DNA of 64,000 nt from Chiloscyllium plagiosum (lineage: Eukaryota), in the NCBI RefSeq assembly GCF_004010195.1, contig NC_057750.1:15246537-15310536 (forward strand), in the 5' to 3' direction. The position numbers and the translations under genes were made by a program. The number at the start of each line of letters is the position of its first letter. Positions within the stretch are counted from its first letter, which is position 1. The notes below the pieces were generated by a model that did no database searches, was not told the DNA's origin, and was given only the letters and a program-made list of their open reading frames with translations. Below are positions 12,116-22,242 of the stretch, piece by piece.

Positions 12116-12330
12116 CAAAAGTGAGGACTGCAGATGCTCGAGATCAGAGACTAGATTAGAGTGGTGCTGGAAAAGCACAGCTGGTCAGGCAGCATCCGAG
12201 GAGCAAGAAAAATCGACATTTCCGGCAAGAGCCATTCCTAATGAAGGGCTCCTGCCCGAAATGTCGATTTTCCTGTTCCTCGGATGCTGCCTGACCTGCT
12301 GTGCTTTTCCAGCACCACTCTAATCTAGAC
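12116..12330. mobile_element. Fold-back Penelope-like pLTR insertion
   Basis: About 85-bp inverted arms; 15-bp TSD TAGTAACTCCGATGG (12101-12115, 12331-12345); hammerhead core with a CTAATGA substitution. Confidence 0.85.
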
Positions 12331-12599
12331 TAGTAACTCCGATGGAGAAAGACACAGCTCTGAAATAGATAAAGATCAATCCAACCCGAGTAGCTGGGAA
12401 ATTTCAATTTCGTTCATTCAACAAATCAGGAAAAGTTAGTGTCAGTGATATTCTGCCTGCCCCCTACACCTCCACTTCCTAAACCTTTCTAATGAGAATT
12501 GTAAAACAACTAAACCGTCATGAAGCGCCATCAGGTTCACTAATTCCCAACAACTGCACAAAACCAAGATAGACAGAAAAGCAAACTAGCATTAAAACC

Positions 12600-13880
12600 A
12601 TACAGACGAGCCAACATTCTCCTCAATAAGATCTCAGGGCTTGTACTGAAACAGGGAGAGTGATTCTGCAGACTAGTTAAGCAACATCAGATCGTGTTCT
12701 AAAGGTATGCCCTATCTCACTAGCAGAACAGACCACTACAGAGTTGGTGGCACAGAGACATACATTTGGGAGCAAGACCCCTTGGGGATGCTCACCATTG
12801 ACTCCAGAATGCACTATTTCTCAACCATGAGGTCAAACAGGGGAAAGGGAACCTTCGTCCCTTCAGCAGGTCAATCAATACTCCTCCATGCTGAATACCA
12901 CTTGGAGGATGCACAGAATGGATGCTGGTTGGAAGCTTTGGTACTCATCGGCAATACTGACTCGGCAGCAGCAGCACTGATTGAACTAGTCATGTCCTAA
13001 AGAACACAGATGCTAGACTGAGTTTTCAGCAGGTGGGAAGGGAATTGACAAGAGGAAACCCCCCCCCCCCCCTTCCTTTCTGGAACTTGTCCGCACCATC
13101 CTGTGTGTCGCATGTTCATCAATCCAGTTTCAGTAAAAACGACCACTGCGCCGTCCTTGTGAAGACAAAACCCCACCTACACATTGAAACTGATTTCTAT
13201 CATGTTGTACGGCACTACGACTGTGTTAAATGCGATAGACTTCAAACAGATGCAGCAATTCAAAAGTGGGCATCCAGGAGGCACTGTGGGCCATCAACAG
13301 CACAACGGCATTCAAACGCAATCTGCACCCAAGTGGCTCATCACTCTCTAATTACTGTTAAGCCAGGGGATCAACCCTGGTTCAATGAAGAGTATAGAAA
13401 GGCTTAACAGGAGCAGCACCAGGCATGAGATATCAATCTGATGAAGCTACTACAGAGGACTATTTATGTGTTAAATAGCACATAATAGACAAAGCTAAAC
13501 AATCCCATAACCAACAGATCAGATCTAAGCTCTGCTGTCCTGCCACATCCAGTTGTGAATGGCGATGGACGATTAAATGGCTCACTGCAGGAGGCGGCTC
13601 CACAGATACTCCCATCCACAACGGTGGGGAGGCCCAGCACTCCAGTACGAATGATAGACTAAAACATTTGTGTTAATCGGTAGCCTGACATACTGAGTGG
13701 AGGACCCACCTTCGCCTCCCCGAGAGGTCCCTAGCATCACAGCTGCCAGTTCTCAGCAAATTCAATTCACTCCACGTGATATGAAAAAAAGAGCTGAAAG
13801 CACTTGATATTACAAAGGCTCTGGGACCTTGCAACATCCAAGTACTAGAACTGAAGACTTGTGCTCTAGAACTAGTCATA
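12600..13880 (+). mobile_element. L2-like LINE fragment (resumes at about 20135-20300)
   Basis: ITVKPGDQPWFNEE remnant; the sequence broken at 13880 and resuming at 20137 is contiguous in the related copy at 1200-1300. Confidence 0.6.
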
Positions 13881-14861
13881 AATTATAACATATAGGAGCA
13901 AAATTAGGCCATTCAGCCCATCAAGAGTGCTCTGTCATTCAATCTTAGTTCATATGTTTCTCAAACCCATTCTCATGCCTCCTCCCTGTAACCTTTTTCC
14001 TTTATTAATCGAGAACCTCTCTTTCTCTCTGTCTTAAATAGACTCCATTACATGGCCCCACAGCCTTCTGTGACAATGAGTTTCACAGATTAACCACCCT
14101 CTGACTGAAGAAAGTCTTCCCTTCACTCTGAGGCTATGTCATCAGGTCCTAGTCCCTCCTACCAGTGGAAACATCATCTCCACATCCACTCTATTCAGGC
14201 CTTTCAGTATTCTATAAGTTTCAATCAGATCCCCCCTCATCCTTTCAAATTCCATCAAGGACAGGCCCAGAGTCCTCAATCGCTCCTCACAGAACAAGCC
14301 CTTCATCCCTGGGATCATTCCTGTAAACACTCTCTGGACCCCCTCCAACACCAACACTCCCTTCCTTGGATACAGGGCCCAAACCTGCTTTCAATATTCC
14401 AAATGCGGTCTGACCAGAGCCTTATACAGCCTCAGAAGTACATCCCTGCTCTTGTATTCTAGACCTATTCAAATGAATTGCTGCACCCGATGTGGCCTTC
14501 TCTATATTGGGGAGACAGGCCGCCTACTTGCGGAACGTTTCAGAGAAAACTTCTAGGACACCCGGACCAACCAACCCAACCACCCCGTCGCCCAACATTT
14601 TAACTCCCCCTCCCACTCCACCAAGGACATGCAGGTCGTTGGACTCCTCTATCACCAGGCCAAAGCAACACGACTGATAGAGGAAATGCGTCTCATCTTC
14701 CGCCTAGGAACCCTCCAACCACAAGGGATGAACTCAGATTTCTCCAGTTTCCTCATTTCCCCTCCCCCCACCTTGTCTCAGTCAAATCCCTCGAACTCAG
14801 CACCGCCTTCCTAACCTGCAATCTTCTTCCTGACCTCTCCGCCCCCACCCCACTCCGGCCT

Positions 14862-15293
14862 NNNNNNNNNNNNNNNNNNNNNNNNNNNNNNNNNNNNNNN
14901 NNNNNNNNNNNNNNNNNNNNNNNNNNNNNNNNNNNNNNNNNNNNNNNNNNNNNNNNNNNNNNNNNNNNNNNNNNNNNNNNNNNNNNNNNNNNNNNNNNNN
15001 NNNNNNNNNNNNNNNNNNNNNNNNNNNNNNNNNNNNNNNNNNNNNNNNNNNNNNNNNNNNNNNNNNNNNNNNNNNNNNNNNNNNNNNNNNNNNNNNNNNN
15101 NNNNNNNNNNNNNNNNNNNNNNNNNNNNNNNNNNNNNNNNNNNNNNNNNNNNNNNNNNNNNNNNNNNNNNNNNNNNNNNNNNNNNNNNNNNNNNNNNNNN
15201 NNNNNNNNNNNNNNNNNNNNNNNNNNNNNNNNNNNNNNNNNNNNNNNNNNNNNNNNNNNNNNNNNNNNNNNNNNNNNNNNNNNNNNNNNNNNN
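14862..15293. other. Assembly gap
   Basis: Run of N. Confidence 1.
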
Positions 15294-15353
15294 CCCCTCC
15301 CCCAAGTCCCTCCTCCCTACCTTTTATCTTAGCCTGCTGGACACACTTTCCTC

Positions 15354-15389
15354 ATTCCTGAAGAAGGGCTTATGCCCGAAATGTCAATT
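15354..15389 (+). ncRNA. Minimal hammerhead ribozyme motif
   Basis: attc CTGAAGA A GGGC-TTAT-GCCC GAAA TGTC aatt. Confidence 0.55.
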
Positions 15390-15844
15390 CTCCTGTTCCT
15401 TGGATGCTGCCTGACCTGCTGCGCTTTTCCAGCAACACATTTTCAGCTATTCAAATGAATGCCAGCATTGCATTTGCCTTCCTAACTGCCAAATGAACCT
15501 GCATGTTAATCTTAACAGAATCCTGAATAAGGGCTCCTAACTCAGATTTCTGGAGCCTATCACCATGCAGAAATAGTCTATGCTGCTAATCAACCTACCA
15601 AAGTGCATAACCTCACACTATCCCACACTGCATTCCACTTCCATTTCTTTACCCACTCTCCCAGCCTGTCCAAGTCCTTCTGCAGTCTCTCCACTTCCTC
15701 AACACTACCTGTTTCTCCACCTATCTTTGTGTCATCTGCAAACTTAGCAACAATGTCCTCAGTTCCTTCATCCAGATGATTAATGTAATAACGTGAACAG
15801 TTATGACGCCAACACTGACCCCTGGGTCCATTTGTCACAGGCTG

Positions 15845-17086
15845 TAAGAAGGGTAGGTTGTGCCTCACAAACCTTATTGAGTTCTTTGAGAAGGTGACCA
15901 AACAGGTGGATGAGGGTAAAGTGAATGATGTGGTGCATATGGATTTCAGTAAGGTGTTTGAGAAGGTTCCCCATGGTAGGCTACTGCACAAAATACGGAG
16001 GAATGGGATTGAGGGTGATTTAACGGTTTGGATTAGAAACTGGCTAGCTGAAAGAAGACAGAGGGTGGTGGTTGATGGGAAATATTCATCCGGGAGTTCA
16101 GTTACTAGTGATGCACCGCAAGATCTGTTTTGGGGCCACTGCTGTCTGTCATTTTTATAAATGACCTGGATGAGGGCATAGAAGGATGGGTTAGTAAAAT
16201 TTGCGGATGACACTAAGGTTGGTAGAGTTGCAGATTGTGCAGAAGGATGTTGTAGGTTACAGAGGGACATAGATAAGCTGCAGAGCTGGGCTGAGAGTTG
16301 GCAAATGGAGTTTAACGCAGAAAAGTGTGAGGTGATTCACTTTGGAAGGAGCAACAGAAATAAAGAGTACTGGGCTAATGGTAAGATTCTTGGCTGTGTA
16401 GATTGGCAGAGAGACCTTGGTGTCCAGGTACACAGATCCCTGAAAGCTGCCACCCAGGTTGATAGGGTTGTTAAGAAGGCATACAGTGTGTTGGCTTTTA
16501 CTGATAGAGGGATTGAGTTTTGGAGCCACAAGGTCATGCTGCAGCTGTACAAAACTCTGCTGCGGTCGCACTTGGAGTATTGCGTACAGTTCTGGTCACC
16601 GCATTATAGAAGGATGTGGATGTTTTGGAAAGGGTGCAGAAGAGATTTACTAGGATGTTGCCAGGTATGGAGGGAAGGTCTTATGAGGAAAGTCTAAGGG
16701 ACTTAAGGCTGTTTTTGTTAGAGAGAAGGAGGTTGAGAGGTGACTTAACTGAGACATATAAGATAATCAGAGGGTTAGATAGGGTGGACAGGAAGAGCCT
16801 TTCTCCTCGGATGGTGATGGCTAACATGAAGTAACATAACTTTAAATTGAGGGGTGATAGATATAGGACAAATGTTAGAGGTAGGTTCTTTACTCAGAAC
16901 AGTAGGGGCGTGGAACACACTGCCTGCAACAGTAGTGACTCGCCAACTTTAAGGGCATTTAAGTGATCATTGGATAAACATATGGACAAGAATAGAAAAA
17001 TGTAGGTTAGATGGGCCTCAGATTGATTCCACAGGTCGGTGCAACATCAAGGAGTGAAGGGCCTGTACTGCACTGTAATGTTCTAT
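15845..17086 (+). mobile_element. CR1 LINE 3' portion (RT), nested
   Basis: CLTNLIEFFE...MDFSKVFEKVPH, FADDTK, HLEYCVQFWSPHY; frameshifted; ends in TGTTCTATG tail. Confidence 0.9.
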
Positions 17087-18091
17087 GCAATCCTGAAAAA
17101 GACCCCCTAATCCCCACTCTCTGCCTTCTGCCAGTCAGCCAATCCTCTATCCATGCCAGTATCTTGCCTCTAACACCATGGACACTTACTTAGCAGCCTC
17201 CTGCATGGAGGCATTTTAAAAGCATTCTAGAAATCCAAACAAGTCATGTTCACTGGCTCGCCTTTGTCTAGCTTGCTCACTACCTCCTCAAAGATTTCCA
17301 ACAAACTTGTCAGGCGAGACTTCCCTGTGACAAAGCCGTGCTGATTCAGCCCTATTTTACCATGCATTTCCAAGTACTCCATAACTTCATCCTTGATAAT
17401 GGACTCTAAAATCTTACCAACAACCAGGGTCAGGCTAATTAGCCTGTAGTTTCCTGTCCTCTGCCTCCCTTCCATCTATCTATCACGACCTCACTATTCC
17501 ACCCCTCTCCCCACTCAAACCCCACCCCTGCCAGATCTGCAGCTCCCCCTTCCCCCCCATGCCCCCCCCTCTATTGCTGAAGAAGGTTTATACCTGAAAA
17601 CATTGACTTCTCCACCTACTGATGCTGCCTGGTTTGCTGGGTTCTTCCAGCCTCCTGCTTGTCTACTTTGGATTCCAGCATCTGCAGTTTGCTTTTGTCT
17701 CTCTTCTCACTTAAACAAGGATGTTACATTCACCATTTTTCAGTCCTCTGGGACCCTCCCTGACTCCAGTGATTCCTGAGAGATCATCACCAACGCCTCT
17801 ACAATCTCGTCAAAGCTATTTCCTGCCGAATTCTGGGGCAGCGTCCATCTGGTCCTGGTGACTTATCCACCTTCAGGCCTTTCAGCTTCGCCAGCTGTGC
17901 TCTCCTCAGTGATGGCCACTACACACAGCTCTGCCCCTGATTCACTTGAAGTTCTGGTATGCTACTGGAGTCTTCCACTGTGAAAGCTGATGCAAAGTAC
18001 CTATTCAGTTCCTCCACCATTTCTTTGTCCCGTTGCTACTTCTCCACTCTCATTTTCCAGCAGTCCACTGTCCACTCTTAACTTTCACACA

Positions 18092-18310
18092 CAGTCAGTT
18101 CTGCTATCACGTGCATTTCCTCAATGCGAATTGACTATAACGTGATTGAAGAATTTAGACCATTATTTGTAGAATGCGAACCTTCCTTACTTGAATTGGC
18201 TAGAATGCAATTGTGGTCCCATTGATTTAAATGGCGCTGCTATTATACGATTTTCTTATAACACAGAATCGCACGGGAACGGAACTGTCGTTTTATATCA
18301 GAACAGACTG
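18092..18310. mobile_element. Tc1/mariner (Tigger/pogo-like) MITE
   Basis: Imperfect TIRs CAGTCAGTTCTGCTAT / ATATCAGAACAGACTG; TA on the right flank, CA on the left; interrupts a CR1. Confidence 0.6.
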
Positions 18311-18934
18311 TATCTCAAATTAACTCTTGCAAGCTTCTTTTCTATTACTAGCTAACTTACCATCATATTTCATCTTCTCGCTCCCCCCAATTACTTTTTA
18401 GTTGTCCTCTGCTGGTTTTTAAAAGTTATCCAATCCCCTGGTGTCCCACTAATCGTCACCACGTTGTGTGCTTTTTCTTTTGATTTTATGTTGTCCCTGA
18501 CTTCCTTTATCAGGCATGGTTGCCTGTTCCTCCCCTTAGTATGTTTTCTTCTTTGGAATGTATTACCACCGTGCATCCCGAATTACCGCAGAAACTCCTA
18601 CCATTGCTGTCTTCCCTACTGGGCTCCCCTTCCGGTCAACACTGTCCAGCTCCTCCCTCATATTTGTCTAGTTACCTTTACTCAATTGTAATACCGTTAC
18701 ATCGGAGTCCAATCTCTCCCTTTCAAACTGCAGCATGAATTCTATCATAATATGGTCGCTGTCCCCAGGGGTTCCTTCACTTTATGTTCCATCATCAAGC
18801 CTGCTTCATTATACATCACCAGATCCAGTATTGCCTGTTCCCTATTGGGCTCGACCGCAAGTTGCTCCAAAAAAACCATTTCATCAACATTCTATAAATT
18901 CCTTTTCTTGAGATCCGCTACCGACCTGATTTTC

Positions 18935-19910
18935 CACGAGGATCTGTTTTGGGACCACTGCTGTTTTGGCATTTTTATAACTGACTTAGATGCAGGCATA
19001 GGTGGATGGATTAGTAAATTTGCAGATGACACTAAAGTCGGTGGAATAGTGGACAGTTTGGAAGAATGTTACAGGTTGCAGGGGGACTTGGATAAACTGC
19101 AAAATTGGAGTGAGAGGTGGCAAATGGAGTTCAATTCAGCTAAATGTGACTGATGCACTTTGGGAAGAATAACAGGAAGGCAGAGTACTGGGTCAATGGA
19201 AAAATTCTTGGTAGTGCGGATGTGCAGAGATCTTGGAGTGCATGTACATCGATCCCTGAAAGTTGCCACCCGGGTGGATAGTGCTGTTAAGAAGGCATAC
19301 GGTGTGTTAGGTTTCATTGGTAGAGGGATTGAGTTCCAAAGCCACAATATCATGCTGCAACTATACAAAACGCTAGTGCGACCGCACTTGGAATATTGTG
19401 TATAGTTCTGGTCGCCTTATTTTGGGAAGGATGTGGAAGCATTGGAAAAGGTGCAGAGGAGATTTACCAGGATGTTGCCTGGTCTGGAGGGAAGGTCTTA
19501 TGAGGAAAGGCTGAGAGACTTGGGTCTGTTCTCATTGGAAAGAAGGCAGCTAAGAGGGGATTTGATAGAGACATACAAGATGATTAGAGGATTAGATAAG
19601 GTGGACAGTGAGAGTCTTTTCCCTAGTATGATGATGACAGCTTGTACGAGGGGGGCATAACTACAAATTGAGAGGTGATAGATTTAAAACAGATGTCAGA
19701 GGCAGGTTCTTTACTCAGAGAGTGGTAAGTGCGTGGAATGCCCTACCTGCCAATGTAGTTAACTCAGCCACATTAGGGAGATTTAAACAATCCTTGATAA
19801 GCACATGGATGATGATGGGATAGTGTAGGGGGACGAGCTGAGAATAGTTCACAAGTTGGCACAACATCGAGGGCCGAAGGGCCTGTTCTGCGCTGTATTG
19901 CTCTATGTTC
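18935..19910 (+). mobile_element. CR1 LINE 3' portion (RT), nested
   Basis: ISKFADDTKVGG, LYKTLVRPHLEYCV, LEKVQRRFTRMLPG; tail CTCTATGTTC. Confidence 0.9.
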
Positions 19911-20454
19911 CCCGTCCACATATTGAAGTCCTCTATGATTAATGTCCCCCTTCTCGTAGTTGTCCACTTATCTGTTGTGCTTTAAGTTAAATTCTAGACC
20001 CTTACCATACTCTCTGAGCTATTACTTGTTCTGGAAACTTTAATAACCTCTGTGGAGGCTTCAAGCCCCTTTAACTTTTTCCATAACTTTTCATGCAATT
20101 GAACCCTCCTCCCCAACTATTTAGTTTTAGTTTAAAGCCACCAAGCTGTTCCTGCACAACTACAGCACCAGCATTACCTGACCATGTGGAAAATTGCCCA
20201 GGTATAATGTTCACAAAAAGGGTGCCAAATTCAAACCCACCAATTACCACCCATCAGCTTCATCTATCATGAGCCAGTGAAGAACCAGCTCTATAAATAC
20301 TGCAGCTTCAACAGCAGGTCAGACGTTGGAAACTGTTGCACCAAGTATCTAACACCCTGACTCCTGAAAGGTGACCAACCATCAACAAGTCGCCATCTAG
20401 CTGACCCTTGACCTCAAATGATGATGGATCTGCTGACCCCAGGTGACATGGATC

Positions 20455-20998
20455 AACTGACCCTTGACTCCAGGTGACCACGGATCCCCTGACCCTAGAC
20501 TCCAGGTGACCACGGATCCCCCTGACCCTAGACTCCAGGTGACCACAGATCCCCCTGACCCTAGACTCCAGGTGACCACGGATCCCCCTGACCCTAGACT
20601 CCAGGTGACCACGGATCCCCCTGACCCTAGACTCCAGGTGACCACAGATCCCCATGACCCTAGACTCCAGGTGACCACGGATCCCCCTGACCCTAGACTC
20701 CAGGTGACCACGGATCCCCCTGACCTTAGACTCCAGGTGACCACGGATCCCCCTGACCCTAGACTCCAGGTGACCACGGATCCCCCTGACCCTTGACTCC
20801 AGGTGACCATGGATCCCCTGACCCCTGACTCCAGGTGACATGGGATCCCCTGACCCTTGACTCCAGGTGACCATGGATCCCCTGACCCTTGACTCCAGGT
20901 GACCATGGATCCCCTGACCCCTGACTCCAGGTGACCATGGATCCCCTGACCCCTGACTCCAGGTGACCATGGATCCCCTGACTCCAGGTGACCATGGA
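20455..20998. repeat. 32-33-bp minisatellite, about 16 copies, start of MED29 intron 1
   Basis: Unit GACTCCAGGTGACCACGGATCCCCCTGACCCTA; ends about 25 bp from the exon 1 donor. Confidence 0.95.
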
Positions 20999-21023
20999 TA
21001 AACTGGCCCTCCCAGGTGGATAC

Positions 21024-21263
21024 CTGCAGAGAGTCCTTCAGCTGTGGAATCAGGAGTTTAAATTTAGCGACTGGGTCGTCCTGTTGCTGGGCCTGCTGTT
21101 GCTGCTGGGTGAGTGCTGGCTGACTGGCCTGGGCCTGGGCTGCGGCCAATTGCTGGGCTTGGACAAGCTGCTGCTGTTGTTGCTGCTGCTGCTGCTGGGC
21201 AGCCGCCAGTTGTTGTTGTTGTTGCTGCTGCTGCTGTTGCTGCTGGTTCAACGGCGCCGCCAT
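21024..21263 (-). CDS. MED29: Mediator subunit 29, coding exon 1 (polyQ N-terminus)
   Basis: ATG at 21263 in AAGATGGCGG context; MAAPLNQQQ...DDPVAKFKLLIPQLKDSLQ resembles the MED29 DPV..KxLIPQLKxSLQ segment; ends CAG|GTATCC, phase 0, 240 nt. Confidence 0.95.
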
Positions 21264-21425
21264 CTTACCCGCTTAGAGCGTGATCCCGCTCCCTCGCGCT
21301 CAGTGGTCACATTGCTCCACCGATCCCTTTACCTATTGGTTCATTGAGGCGTCAATCATTCTCCGGCCGGCATCGCGTGCGCAGTTCGTCCACGATAACA
21401 GTATGGGCTGGGTCGCCATCTTTGA
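21257..21425 (-). promoter_or_regulatory. MED29 CpG-rich core promoter / 5' UTR
   Basis: Local CpG enrichment, YY1-type CGCCATCTT motifs overlapping the start codon (21258-21266) and at about 21414-21422, ATTGG (CCAAT box) at about 21335-21339. Confidence 0.6.
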
Positions 21426-21593
21426 TACTGGCACAAGTGGCATTCTGCCACCTTGACAATGAGACAGGGAATTGTGCATGATGGAAATCTGCAATAATGG
21501 CAAACATTGCTGGAGAAACTCAGCAGGTCTGGTGGAGAGAAAAAAACAGAGTTAGCGTTTCGGGTCCCTCTCCAGATCTGCTGAGTTTCTCCA

Positions 21594-22084
21594 TGATTTG
21601 GAGATGCCGGTGTTGGACTGGGGTGTACAGAGTTAAAAATCACACAACACCAGGTTATAGTCCAACAAGTTTAATTGGAAGCACTAACTTTCGGAGCGAC
21701 GCTCCTTCATCAGGTGATTGTGGTGGGCTCAATCCTAACACAGAATTTATAGCAAAAATTTACAGGGTGATGTAACTGAAATTATACATTGAAAAATTAT
21801 ACATTGAAAAACAGCTAACCCGAGAATGCAACTTTAAAAAAAAGGTTGTGATTTACACATAAAAGAAGTGAAACAATCACTGTATTCTAACAGATGAAAG
21901 GCTTAACAGGCAATCAATTTTTTAATGTATAATTTCAGATACATCACCCTGTAAATTTTTGCTATAAATTCTGTTTTACGATCAAGCCCTCCACTATCAC
22001 CTGATGAAGGAGCGTCGCTCCAAAAGCTAGTGTGCTTCCAATTAAACCTGTTGGACCATAACCTGGTGTTGTGCGATTTTTAAT
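21594..22084. mobile_element. Fold-back Penelope-like insertion nested in an older pLTR-type element
   Basis: About 160-bp inverted arms, each with a hammerhead motif; 12-bp TSD TGAGTTTCTCCA (21582-21593, 22085-22096). Confidence 0.85.
21682..21716 (-). ncRNA. Minimal hammerhead ribozyme motif
   Basis: cac CTGATGA A GGAGC-GTC-GCTCC GAAA GTTA gtg: 3-bp stem I, 5-bp stem II, intact boxes; the mirror copy at 21998-22032 has AAAA for GAAA. Confidence 0.65.
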
Positions 22085-22242
22085 TGAGTTTCTCCAGCAA
22101 TTCTTGTTTCAGTTTCACTGTGTAAAATCTAACACCTGTTTAGGGGCAAATTTAGATTGGTCTTAAAAGATAAAAGCATGCAAAGTTGTAAATGCTGCCT
22201 CTTATCTCCAGTTTAGGCAACAGATTACACACCTCATTCCTA

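Larger units (their letters stand above)
14479..15446 (+). mobile_element. 5'-truncated Penelope-like element (spans an N gap)
   Basis: Begins with CTRCGLLYIGETGRLLAERFRE (GIY-YIG), then EEMRLIFRLGTLQP; ends in a pLTR with hammerhead; 14-bp TSD CTATTCAAATGAAT (14465-14478, 15447-15460). Confidence 0.88.
13885..20135 (-). mobile_element. Long degenerate CR1 LINE hosting several nested insertions
   Basis: Minus-strand ORF2 remnants in order (GNYRLISLT...QHGF; KFADDTKIGG; LEGVQRVFT) interrupted by younger elements. Confidence 0.75.

Noticed and set aside
14811..15305. Long ORFs made of X residues (also 22294-22850)
   Set aside because: Artefacts of N gaps.
20308..20998. Repeat array as CRISPR-like or as an independent repeat-protein gene
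   Set aside because: Units are contiguous with no unique spacers, no cas genes, eukaryotic intron; ORFs arise from the 33-bp period.
21016..21023. MED29 intron 1 donor GTATCC as a U12-type (minor) intron
   Set aside because: Continues GTATCCAC rather than GTATCCTT, and there is no TCCTTAAC-like branch site before the 11542 acceptor; better explained as a weak U2 donor.
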